Below, in pieces: positions 18,618 to 28,176 of a DNA stretch of 64,000 bases. The notes under the pieces were generated by a model that saw only the letters and a list, made by a program, of their open reading frames with translations, was not told where the DNA came from and searched no databases. The number at the start of each line of letters is the position of its first letter. Position 1 is the stretch's first letter. Location of the stretch: the NCBI GenBank assembly GCA_963674865.2, contig CAXXYE010000004.1, positions 512,001 through 576,000 on the forward strand, given 5' to 3'. The DNA is from Candidatus Hydrogenedentota bacterium. GTDB taxonomy: Bacteria; Hydrogenedentota; Hydrogenedentia; Hydrogenedentales; SLHB01. Both the position numbers and the translations under genes were made by a program.

Positions 18618-19408
18618 TGGCGGCGCCACGTCGTCGAACACCAAACCTACGGAGAGGCGTCGGAAGCCCTTTCAAGCGGCTCCTGGCAGGCGCCTTCAAG
18701 TCCTTGGTGTTCCTGGGATTATTCGGCGGCGTGGCCTACGCGTTCTATGGCTACATCCACGATGCCGGCCAATTCCGCGTGCGCCAGATTCACGTGAGCG
18801 GCACAGAGGCACTTGAGCACGGCACGGTGATCGCCCAGTCCGGCATTACCGCCGACACCAACGTTCTCTTCCTCGACACCGACGCGGCCGCGGCCCGCGT
18901 CGAGGCATTGCCCTATGTGGCCCATTGCGAGGTCGAGCGAAGCTTCCCAGACACCGTCAGCATCGAAATCGAGGAGCGCGCAGCCACCGCCACCCTCCTC
19001 GTAGACAACCACACCTTCCTCCTTGATCCCACCTGCGTGGTGCTTCGCGAGCTGGCCCCCGACGAGCTCCACACCGGCCCCCTCATCACCGAGGTACCGG
19101 GACTACTGGGCGCGCTCGAGCCGGGACGACGCCTTGAGCAAGCCGCGTTGGCCGGGGCAATGGCTGTGTGGAGAGCCTTTCAGCAGAGCGACGTGGGCCA
19201 GAGCACCACGGTATCGGAGATGGCCGCGCTGCGCGAAAACGACATCCGCATGTACTGCAACGAACTGCCCTTCGAGATCCGGTGGGGGCGCGGCAACTAC
19301 GCTGCCCAGGCCGCCCGGCTGGACGTTCTCTGGCGTTCATGCGACGGCCCGCCGCCCTGTAGCGAATACCTGGACCTCCGCTTTGACAACGACCTGGCCT
19401 GTAAGTGA
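18614..19408 (+). CDS. ftsQ: Cell division protein FtsQ/DivIB
   Basis: N-terminal TM, POTRA-type segment (LPYVAHCEVERSFPDTVSIEIEER), C-terminal YLDLRF. Confidence 0.85.
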   Translation: MMAAPRRRTPNLRRGVGSPFKRLLAGAFKSLVFLGLFGGVAYAFYGYIHDAGQFRVRQIHVSGTEALEHGTVIAQSGITADTNVLFLDTDAAAARVEALPYVAHCEVERSFPDTVSIEIEERAATATLLVDNHTFLLDPTCVVLRELAPDELHTGPLITEVPGLLGALEPGRRLEQAALAGAMAVWRAFQQSDVGQSTTVSEMAALRENDIRMYCNELPFEIRWGRGNYAAQAARLDVLWRSCDGPPPCSEYLDLRFDNDLACK

Positions 19409-19537
19409 CTACTGCCCTGCCGGCCTTGGGAAATCGGTTGTACGCCGCCCGGTTCGAGTGATAGGATAATTCCAATGGGAATCCCGGGGCTCTGTGAACC
19501 AGGTCGGTGGGGCTAAACGCCATGGAGACCGCGACCT

Positions 19538-20779
19538 ATGTCCATTAGCATGTCTGACGAATTCGCTTCCTTTGACCAGCGCGCCGTCATCAAAGTCTGC
19601 GGCATCGGCGGAGGCGGCGGCAACGCCGTGGGGAGAATGATCGAGGCAGGCCTCAAGGATGTTGAATTCATCACGATCAACACCGATGCACAGGCCCTCA
19701 AGAACTCGCCCGCCGGCACGCGCCTTCAGATAGGTGTCAACGTTACAGGCGGCCTCGGCTCGGGCGCCAATCCCGAGGTAGGACATCGGGCCGCCAAGGA
19801 AGATGAGGAGCGCGTTACCGACGTCCTGCACGGGGCGGACATGGTGTTTCTCACCGCCGGCCTTGGCGGCGGCACGGGAACCGGCGCAAGTCCCATTGTC
19901 GCCAACATCGCCCGCGAATCGGGCGCCCTCACCGTGGCCATCGTCACCCTTCCCTTCCGGTTTGAGGGCGTAGAGCGCTTACAGAACGCCCTGAAAGGCT
20001 TGGCCGCCCTCGAAGAGCAGGTTGACACCCTCATCGTCGTGCCGAACGATAGAGTGGCCACCCTCTGCCAGAACAACATTTCCCTCCTCAATGCCTTTCA
20101 CCAAGCGGACGAGGTGCTCCACAACGGCGTCCGCGCCATTTCCGAGTTGATCACGGTTCCCGGACTCATCAATCTCGACTTCGCCGACGTGCGCACCATC
20201 ATGCAGGCCCGTGGCCGGGCCCTCATGGGCATCGGCACGGCGGAGGGCGATGAGCGGGCCAAGCGGGCATCCGAGGAAGCGATTATCTGCCCCTTGCTCG
20301 AGCAATCGAACATCCACGGCGCCATGGGCGTCATCGTCAACATCAAGGGCGGATGCGACATCGGCATGCGCGAGGTGCAGGAAGCCGTCTCGACGGTGCA
20401 GCAATCCGCCCATCCCGACGCGAACATCATCTTCGGCGCCGTCGTTGACGAAGAAGAGCGGCCGGAACTGCAAGTCACCGTCATCGCGGCCGGATTCCCC
20501 AAGGGCGTGTCGGAGGACTTCCTTCGAGGCGACGGCCTTGCCGAGAAGAAACAGCCGCCCAAGGCCGCGCCTGAGTCCAGGAAACCGGCTCCTCCTCAAC
20601 AGTCCGCCGCCGCGCAGCCCAAGCCCGAGGCGGCGCCGGCCAAGGAGTTTGAGACCCCCTTTCTTTTCCCGGAGGAATCCCGTTCTCCCAAGGAAGAGTC
20701 CCCAGCCTCCGGCCACCCCACTCAGGATGAAGACCTGGATATCCCGGCCTTCATGCGCAAACGGAAGAAACCACAATGA
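19538..20779 (+). CDS. ftsZ: Cell division protein FtsZ
   Basis: GGGGGNA, GGGTGTG, NLDFADV, C-terminal DLDIPAFMRK. Confidence 0.98.
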   Translation: MSISMSDEFASFDQRAVIKVCGIGGGGGNAVGRMIEAGLKDVEFITINTDAQALKNSPAGTRLQIGVNVTGGLGSGANPEVGHRAAKEDEERVTDVLHGADMVFLTAGLGGGTGTGASPIVANIARESGALTVAIVTLPFRFEGVERLQNALKGLAALEEQVDTLIVVPNDRVATLCQNNISLLNAFHQADEVLHNGVRAISELITVPGLINLDFADVRTIMQARGRALMGIGTAEGDERAKRASEEAIICPLLEQSNIHGAMGVIVNIKGGCDIGMREVQEAVSTVQQSAHPDANIIFGAVVDEEERPELQVTVIAAGFPKGVSEDFLRGDGLAEKKQPPKAAPESRKPAPPQQSAAAQPKPEAAPAKEFETPFLFPEESRSPKEESPASGHPTQDEDLDIPAFMRKRKKPQ

Positions 20780-21870
20780 AGTTTTTCCAGAAGGTCCTCC
20801 AACGAGCAGTACAGCAGGACGCCTCGGATATTCACCTCAAGGTCGGCAGCCCGCCCTACCTCCGGGTCGACGGCCAGCTTTTCCCGCAGGATTCTGAAGC
20901 CCTGGTTCCCGAAATGATGGACGAGATCCTTGCCGTCCTGTTGAGCGACACCCAGCACAAGTACTTCCTGAAGCGCGGCGAGATCGACCTGTCTTATACG
21001 GAGAAAGGCGTTGGCCGGTTTCGCGTGAATGTCTACCGCCAACGGGGCAACATCTCGGTGGTCTTGCGGCGCATCAAGGCGAAGATCCTTTCCTTCGACC
21101 AATTGAACCTTCCCGAAGCGACGCTCAAATTCGCCGAGTTCATGCGCGGACTCGTTATCATCACCGGCACCACCGGCTCAGGCAAATCCACCACGCTCGC
21201 GGCCATCATTGACCACATCAACGACCACCGGCAATGCCACGTCGTCTCCATTGAAGACCCCATCGAATACATCCACAATGATCGCAAAGCGGTGGTCAGC
21301 CAACGCGAGGTCACCATCGACACCGAAAGCTTCGGCGCTGCTCTGAAATCGGTTATGCGCCAGGATCCCGATGTGATTCTCATCGGCGAGATGCGCGATC
21401 TCGAAACCTTCCGGGCCGCCATCAGTGCCGCCGAGACGGGCCACCTCGTCTTCAGTACGTTGCACACCACCAACGTCATGCAAACCATCGACCGCATCAT
21501 CGACCTGTATCCCTCCAACGAACAAGATCAGATTCGGGCGCAGTTATCCATTAACTTGCGGGCGATCATGTGCATGCGCCTCATGGCGCGCGCCGACGGA
21601 ACGGGCCGCGTCCCCGCCTGCGAGATCATGTTCATGACGCCCGGCGCACGTAAGCTCATTAAAGATAACCGCGTCAATCAGCTTCCCACCGCCATCCAAC
21701 AGAGCCGCGAAGACGGCAGCCAGAGTTTCAATGACAGCCTTTACCAGCTCATCAAGAACCGTTTCATCACCGTTGATGACGGCATGCTCGCCTCAGACAA
21801 TCCCGAGGAACTCAACATGATGATCCAAGGGATTCGCCTTAGCCAAAGCCGCGGCGGCATCTTCCGCTAG
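20776..21870 (+). CDS. pilT: Type IV pilus retraction ATPase PilT/PilU family
   Basis: ASDIHL, GTTGSGKST, EDPIEY, RQDPDVILIGEMRD, AETGHLVFSTLHT. Confidence 0.92.
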   Translation: MKFFQKVLQRAVQQDASDIHLKVGSPPYLRVDGQLFPQDSEALVPEMMDEILAVLLSDTQHKYFLKRGEIDLSYTEKGVGRFRVNVYRQRGNISVVLRRIKAKILSFDQLNLPEATLKFAEFMRGLVIITGTTGSGKSTTLAAIIDHINDHRQCHVVSIEDPIEYIHNDRKAVVSQREVTIDTESFGAALKSVMRQDPDVILIGEMRDLETFRAAISAAETGHLVFSTLHTTNVMQTIDRIIDLYPSNEQDQIRAQLSINLRAIMCMRLMARADGTGRVPACEIMFMTPGARKLIKDNRVNQLPTAIQQSREDGSQSFNDSLYQLIKNRFITVDDGMLASDNPEELNMMIQGIRLSQSRGGIFR

Positions 21871-21889
21871 GCCACAGGCCTCCCTAAGC

Positions 21890-24388
21890 TCAACCTGTGA
21901 TTGGCGGATGTGCGATGGTCTTTTCCAGCTTCGCCGGTTCCCCCACAACCGCTATAGCCGACGCCCCGCTGACGAAGACGGGGGCCTCGGGTGATAGCAC
22001 CAGCTCGACGCTTCCGCCGCCGACCATGATAGCCAGCGTCTCGCCCATAAGGTTCTTCACGACAATGCTTTCCGGGCCTTCGAGCGCCAGTTCGGCGCGG
22101 TAGAACCCTCCCCAACTCCACAACGCGGCCGTGTCGCCCATCCTCATCCCACGAAGGGCCGGACTCAAGCTGAACGCTTCCGGCTCGCCATCCACCATTG
22201 TCCTCGCCACGGATGCCAAGGCCCTGTATGCCGGCTTCGGAGTCATGTCGGGCCGGATCACGCCGAAATTGTGCTCATTGTAGAACGGATTCGGCCCATC
22301 GCAGCGGAAATCGTACCAACTGATGTTCTGGCACGCCCCTGACGCGACGGCCAACAGGTAACTACGCGCCAGGAGTCCGGCCTGACGGCGCTCGCTCGTC
22401 ACGCCTCCAAGTTGCGTACTCCAGCCCATTTCGGTGATCCACACCGGCCGGTTGCCGACGAGTTGCGTCGCCTCCCGCAACTCACGCGTGAAACCGCGCT
22501 CGGTAAGCGCGCTCCGATACGGATGGATCGTCAGAATGTCGAAGCGCGCTCCCGCCTCCATACAGTCCCGTATAAAGTCCATGGCGACGCCGGCCGTCGA
22601 GATGCCGAGGACCTCTGCCTCCGGATCTTCCTCCTTGATTGCCGCGTAACAGTGTTCGAGAAGCACCGGATACAACTCCTTCGGTCCGCTCCAGAAGAAG
22701 ATGTTCGGCTCGTTGTAGACCTCCCAATGCTTGATCCGATCCTTGAAATGAAGCACCGTCGCCCGCGCATAGGCGCAGAAGTCCTCGATGCCTTCCTCCG
22801 TGTAGGCCTGCGTCCAGGATGTCCAGTACGCCAGCAAGCCGTAAACGCTGATGCCGTGTTCCAGCGCCGTATCCACCACCTGATCGTAGAACTCGAAATC
22901 GAATTCACCACGCCGCGGCTCGATGCGGCTCCACGAGAACTCCTCCCTCGACCACTTGACGCCCGCGTCCCGCGCCATCTCCGCCGCGCGCCGCATCTGC
23001 GCGAGGCCCTCCGGCGAATTCGGATACCGGTACAGGTAGACGCCCATGCCCCAGGGGAGGTCGGGGCGGAGAAAGGCATCGCCCGCGAGTTCCAGCGGGC
23101 GCGTGTATGTCGCCGTAGCCTCTGCCCGCTTATCGCCCCCATACTCGAAGTCGAACGCAGCCTCCAGGAAGTTCTTGTCCGCAGGCAAAGACACAGGCAA
23201 CCGAAGCTCGTGCTTTTCACCCGAGGCAGGCAGTGTCCAATAGCATTCGCGGGTGGCAATCACAGCTTCCTGCCAATCCTTCAGCGTGAGCCGCAACTTG
23301 CCCGAGGCCGCCTCCGGCAGCAGGCTCCAGCCGGACACGCGGGCCGTGAGAGCATCCGAATCGGCCGCCTTGTCGAGTTGCGCCATGAGGATGACGGCCC
23401 CATCCTCACTCACGCGCGTTCGGCACTTGAGCCACTTCAGCCGGACCTCCGTGGGCTCGGACGGGCCGCTGCCGCGCGATACGGCAAGGCGCTCGAAGCG
23501 CAGCGGCATACGCACTTCGCCGTCATTCTCTCCGCCCCAATACTGCCAGCCCTCGGGCGGCGGAGGCGCCTTCAATTCCTTCACGCCACCGTCCAATTCG
23601 CCCAATTCCCGCCCGAAACGCTGGAAATGAGAACCAAACTCGATGCTCACCCGGTTGCCCGCGCGGCCTCCCTCCACGGCCAGCGTCAGCGCCTCCGCTT
23701 CCCCCTACAGCGACAGTGTCGTGCTTACAAGAACGACCTCGCGGCGGGAAAAGTCCGCGGACAACACACCCTCCTCAAGCGTAGCGGGCCCAGAAACGCC
23801 AAGTGCCTCGTCCTGGCCGAACGACGTCACCACGTACTCCGCCTCGACTGACTTCGCGGCGTCCGGCGTATCCTCGGATCCCGGCGCCGTGAACTGAACA
23901 TCCGCCACCGCGAGCTCTCCCTTCAGCGCCTCAAGTCCCTCGCGCATGACAACCACCTCAAACGCAGTCACCGGCGGATGGAGCAGGCCGTCACCGGCTC
24001 CTCCCGCGCGGTAATCCCACGCCAGCATGTCTATCCGCACCGGCTGCCAATCCGAATGATCGAAATCTATCGGCTCGTGCAGCCGCTGGCCCGTCGCGTC
24101 CACCACGCCGACGCGCAGCAGCGCATCCGCCGGCTTCCGCACCCGGAACGATGCCTCGCGAACGACGAGCGGCGACTGGAGCACCAACCGCGCAGCCGCT
24201 TCCTGCGCCTTCGAGTCCGAGAAGTCGTAGCTCAGGTGGGCCACCCCGGCCTCGTCCAATTCTACGGAGCCCACCGTGCCTTGCTCGTGCCCGTCCTCCA
24301 GAGACACCCACGCGCGAGACGCGCCCTCAGAGGCCGAAGCCTCGCCCTGTCCGCACAACACCAGCACCGCACAGAAAAAGCCCAACAT
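21890..24388 (-). pseudogene. Secreted clan GH-A glycoside hydrolase (GH39/GH5-like) interrupted by one in-frame TAG at 23705-23707
   Basis: ORFs 23705-24388 (signal peptide) and 21890-23677 share a frame: ...STTLSL*GEAEALTLAVEGG...; catalytic WEVYNEPN and VWITEMGW motifs in the downstream part. Confidence 0.75.
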
Positions 24389-24467
24389 GGCAGCGTGCTC
24401 CCATCAATTCTATCCAATTCCCATCAGCATACACCGCCGTGTTCAGTTCGAGAAAGCGCATCACGGC

Positions 24468-26681
24468 CTAGCCGCAGCGCACTTTGACGTCCAGTTCCCC
24501 GGCAAATCCCGTGAGGTCAATTACCTCTTGCTTGGCATCGAACGCCTTGTGCGCGACCCCGTTGACGGCGACCGAGCGGATACGCCTCCCTCCGGGCAGA
24601 CGCAGCCTCAATCTCACCCCCTGCGCGGCGTTTCTTTCAGGCATATGGACGGTGGCCGTCACTTTCCCGTTGGCGATGTCCGACACGAGAGCATAACTCA
24701 CCTCTCCGAAGCAGGTCGGCGCGTTGCTCACCTCGATTCGCTTGCCCTGTTCGAGCCATCCGCGCGGCGTAGCATGCGCCAGAAACAAGCATTGAGGAAG
24801 CCCCGTCTCATCATCAAAGGACTCCCGCACCAGTATCAGGCGGAGCGCAAGCAAGAAGGCCAGGTTATTGGCGCTGTTGCACGAGCCATAGGCCGAGCGA
24901 TACTTCTCCGCCGGACGCGGCGCGGCGGTGTCGCCTTCGCCGCTGACGAAGGTACCGCGCGTTTGGCCGTGACACAGTTTTCCGTAGAACGACACAAGCA
25001 GCCGCTCGGCATCGTCGCGATCAGACATCAAACGCATGTAGCTGGGCAGATACACATTGTCGAACCCGGCCGAGCAGTATCCGGGAAGCCCAGTGGACCG
25101 GAATTCCCCGTTTGGCGTCGGATAGAGGTCGAACCGCAGCAGCCCAAGCAGAATTGCCCCGTGATTATGAAGGTACCGCACGATGCCGTCCATATCCGGC
25201 CCGTTGACGTCCCACAAGCCGGACGCAAAGGCATACGGCATGCACAAGTTCCAATAGCCGCCCATGCGCGTCGCCGTAACCGGGTCGTAGATCTCCTGCT
25301 CCTCTTCCAGCAACATGCTTGGAACAAAGAGCGTGTTGTCCGGGAGCGTCTGTTGGGACTGCGCGATAGCGCTGTACAACGCGTGCTTCAGGTTTGCGGC
25401 GACGGGCGCGTAACGCGCGTGTAGATCCGCTCGTCCCACGAGCTTCCAGACGTCGGCCATATCTCGCAGTCCGCGCCAGCACACCGCCTGATGGAAGGTG
25501 CAGTATGAAACCTCCGCGATATCGCCGCAGTGCCGCTGCCGCTCCAGCAAGCCGTTCGGATCGGCCTCCATCTGTGTCTTCAGTTCATCGCACAGCGACG
25601 CGTAATACTCCGCATGCTCTTCAATGAACGCCGCATCGCGCGTGAGCAGATAGTAGTGGGCGCCATGGCAGAGCCGCTCACCCCGCTCCCAGTTCACATA
25701 GTATTTCTCCCCTTTCGTCATCCCCATCAAATCGCGCAGGCCGTCACGAGCCGCATCCGAAAAGCCGTACATCGCGAGTGTGGACATCGCGTCACTGCTC
25801 TCGGGCTGGTAGAAGGAATCGTGGTAGACCACCGCGCCCAACGAATACCGCCAGCGGAGCATCTTGTTCTGAATAAGCAGATTCCGCTGGCAGTCCATGA
25901 CGATCTGCTCAGGTACGACAAACTGCGCGCCCGAAGCCAGCATCCTATCCCAATGGGCCTTGCAGCCGTTCTTCGCGCTTTCATATGCCTCAGCGGTAAT
26001 AGGTGTGTTCTCGGGAAGCTCGTTATCCGGCGACCACAGAAGATATACAGCCGGCTCGGAACCTTCCCGGAATGCATAGGCGAACTCATTATCATCCTGC
26101 TCGGGCGTACCTGAGTAGCGGAGGTCTTCAAAACGTCCTCCCCCAAGGCGGATACGGATAGCAGTCTCCTGTCGGCTTCTCACACTGAGCTTCACAAACA
26201 GCACCATCGCGTCCAAGCCGGAAATCCAACTTCCAAAGCTCTCCTGCGCATAGCGGATACCGTGCTCGTCCGTGTAGCCGGTGCGTAGAATCGGATAGTA
26301 TCCGCCCTCAAGAGACGGGCCTTCGAGCCGATCCAGATTCCCCCCGTACCGCTCCGCCTCCCCACTGCCCACGTGAAACTCCAGGAGCCGATCCGCGTCA
26401 TAGCGCTCGGCACAAATGCGGCTGCCATCGGCCACGGCGACGAAGCGAGGCGGCTCGCCCCCGTCTGCGGCATATAGGACGTGGTGAACGTCGAAGGTGT
26501 CGCGGCTGGCGCCCGTCGAGTAGAAAAGGGGCGGCAGGAAGTCCTTCATGTTCTCGTAGGCTGCGCCGCCCTCTGCGATAACGCGTTCTCCCAAAAGGTC
26601 TTTGCCCTGTTCGAGCGCCTGATTGAGCGCCTCTCCCCGAGGTTGCCCCATGACGTGTGTATGCACTATCGCCTCCTTCAC
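24468..26681 (-). CDS. Hypothetical protein, probable (alpha/alpha)6 glycosidase-like
   Basis: 737-aa ORF; HYYLLTRDAAF pattern and C-terminal PRGWL...APTCFGEVSY segment typical of six-hairpin glycosidase-like proteins. Confidence 0.6.
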   Translation of the reverse strand: MKEAIVHTHVMGQPRGEALNQALEQGKDLLGERVIAEGGAAYENMKDFLPPLFYSTGASRDTFDVHHVLYAADGGEPPRFVAVADGSRICAERYDADRLLEFHVGSGEAERYGGNLDRLEGPSLEGGYYPILRTGYTDEHGIRYAQESFGSWISGLDAMVLFVKLSVRSRQETAIRIRLGGGRFEDLRYSGTPEQDDNEFAYAFREGSEPAVYLLWSPDNELPENTPITAEAYESAKNGCKAHWDRMLASGAQFVVPEQIVMDCQRNLLIQNKMLRWRYSLGAVVYHDSFYQPESSDAMSTLAMYGFSDAARDGLRDLMGMTKGEKYYVNWERGERLCHGAHYYLLTRDAAFIEEHAEYYASLCDELKTQMEADPNGLLERQRHCGDIAEVSYCTFHQAVCWRGLRDMADVWKLVGRADLHARYAPVAANLKHALYSAIAQSQQTLPDNTLFVPSMLLEEEQEIYDPVTATRMGGYWNLCMPYAFASGLWDVNGPDMDGIVRYLHNHGAILLGLLRFDLYPTPNGEFRSTGLPGYCSAGFDNVYLPSYMRLMSDRDDAERLLVSFYGKLCHGQTRGTFVSGEGDTAAPRPAEKYRSAYGSCNSANNLAFLLALRLILVRESFDDETGLPQCLFLAHATPRGWLEQGKRIEVSNAPTCFGEVSYALVSDIANGKVTATVHMPERNAAQGVRLRLRLPGGRRIRSVAVNGVAHKAFDAKQEVIDLTGFAGELDVKVRCG

Positions 26682-26967
26682 GCTCAGGACATATCACAAA
26701 GAGCGACTCTCGCCCAAGCGTTTGTTTCCCGTTCGGGCCTGCGACTCCGGGAAGGAACCGAGCAAGCATTGCAACCCTGAGCAACGTGACGGCATAATAC
26801 GCTTAACGTATGTGTAGCCGCACATTTACGCAACGACGGGCCAAGAACGTACGCGTCGCCTCCGGTGGAAGCGAGGTCAAGGTGCCGTAGATTCCGAGCC
26901 GGCGCGTTCCGGAGTACTCCGGAACGTGGGGGATAGCGGATCTTACGGCCGGAACAGGAGCTTATTG

Positions 26968-27750
26968 ATGAGTTGGCAGCAATTTGCCGCGATGGTGATC
27001 GTCGGCGCCCTAGTCGTTCTGGCCGGGGCCGCCACGGCACAGGAAGAACCCCCACAGCAGGAGCCTGCCGCGATGGAGAATCCATTGCCCGTCGTGGCCC
27101 CGTCGAGCATTCCGGACAGCCAGCAGGAGATCACCTTATCAATGATGCTCAAGAACGGCGGAACGATTCTGTGGGTGATCATGGGCCTGGGATTCATCGC
27201 GCTCGTCATGGCGATCTTCTTCTTCCTCACTGTTACGCCCGGACGCGAAGTGCCCCCGGCTTTCGTCAAGCGCGCCATGGCACAGATTCGGGCCGGGGAC
27301 TTGCGCGGCGCCTATCAGATGTGCGAGGGCCGCGATGAACTCATCGCCAACGTCATCCGCGCCGGCCTGAGAATGTCGGGCCACGACCGCTACGTCATCC
27401 AGGAAGCCATGGAAAGCGAGGGCGAACGAGGCGCGGCCGCCCTGTGGCAGAAGATCTCCTACCTGAACAACATCGGCGTTATCGCCCCTTTGCTCGGCCT
27501 TCTCGGCACCGTTTGGGGAATGATCCAGGCCTTCGGCGCTATCGCTCTCGATAACGCCCAAGTGCGCGGACTTACCATGGCCTACAGCGTCTCCGAGGCC
27601 ATGATCACGACGGCAGCGGGACTTGTCCTCGCCATCCCGGCCATGGTGGCTTACTACTATCTCCGCGGCCGCGTCGTGAAGATTATTGCACTGGTCGAGG
27701 CCCAAGGCAGCGAGGTCATCGAGCTGCTCACACGGAGTCACGGAGAATGA
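26968..27750 (+). CDS. exbB: MotA/TolQ/ExbB proton channel family protein
   Basis: APLLGLLGTVWGMI and EAMITTAAGLVLAIPA motifs. Confidence 0.9.
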   Translation: MSWQQFAAMVIVGALVVLAGAATAQEEPPQQEPAAMENPLPVVAPSSIPDSQQEITLSMMLKNGGTILWVIMGLGFIALVMAIFFFLTVTPGREVPPAFVKRAMAQIRAGDLRGAYQMCEGRDELIANVIRAGLRMSGHDRYVIQEAMESEGERGAAALWQKISYLNNIGVIAPLLGLLGTVWGMIQAFGAIALDNAQVRGLTMAYSVSEAMITTAAGLVLAIPAMVAYYYLRGRVVKIIALVEAQGSEVIELLTRSHGE

Positions 27751-28175
27751 AATTCGGACGACAAATCCAGGAAGAGTCCGAGAGCATCCAGATGGCCCCT
27801 CTCATTGACATCGTCTTCCTAACGCTCGTCTTCTTCATGGTGACCGCCGTCTACTCAACCCTCGAGAGCGAGATCGATATCGCCCTGCCTACGGCCGACA
27901 GCGCCGTTCAGTCCGAGCGCACACGCGGGGAGATCTTCATCAACCTGCGCGAGGACGGCAAGATCATCCTGAACGACCGCGAGATGGACATCCAGGAGTT
28001 GCAGGACGTGTTGAACCGCGTCGCCGAGTACTTCCCGGGCGGCAGCGTCATCATTCGAGGCGACCGCAACGCCATGCTCGGCCGCGCCGTCGCCATTCTC
28101 AACTGCTGCAAGAACGCCGACATCCAGAACGTGGCCTTCGCGGCCCTGACGGAAGAGCCGGAGGAATCCCCCTGA
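27747..28175 (+). CDS. exbD: Biopolymer transporter ExbD/TolR
   Basis: MAPLIDIVFLTLVFFMV with conserved Asp; VIIRGD. Confidence 0.9.
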   Translation: MKFGRQIQEESESIQMAPLIDIVFLTLVFFMVTAVYSTLESEIDIALPTADSAVQSERTRGEIFINLREDGKIILNDREMDIQELQDVLNRVAEYFPGGSVIIRGDRNAMLGRAVAILNCCKNADIQNVAFAALTEEPEESP

Positions 28176-28176
28176 C

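Noticed and set aside
23705..23707. Genome-wide TAG recoding or pyrrolysine
   Set aside because: TAG terminates conserved genes at their expected ends (glyQS, pilT); no pyl genes or methylamine methyltransferases in the window.
22412..23851. Long antisense or alternate-frame ORFs (also 255-761, 481-1164, 7998-8942, 37003-38301, 49315-50808, 55667-57067, 56200-57738, 62829-63836)
   Set aside because: Shadow ORFs expected in high-GC DNA; each overlaps a gene with recognisable motifs.
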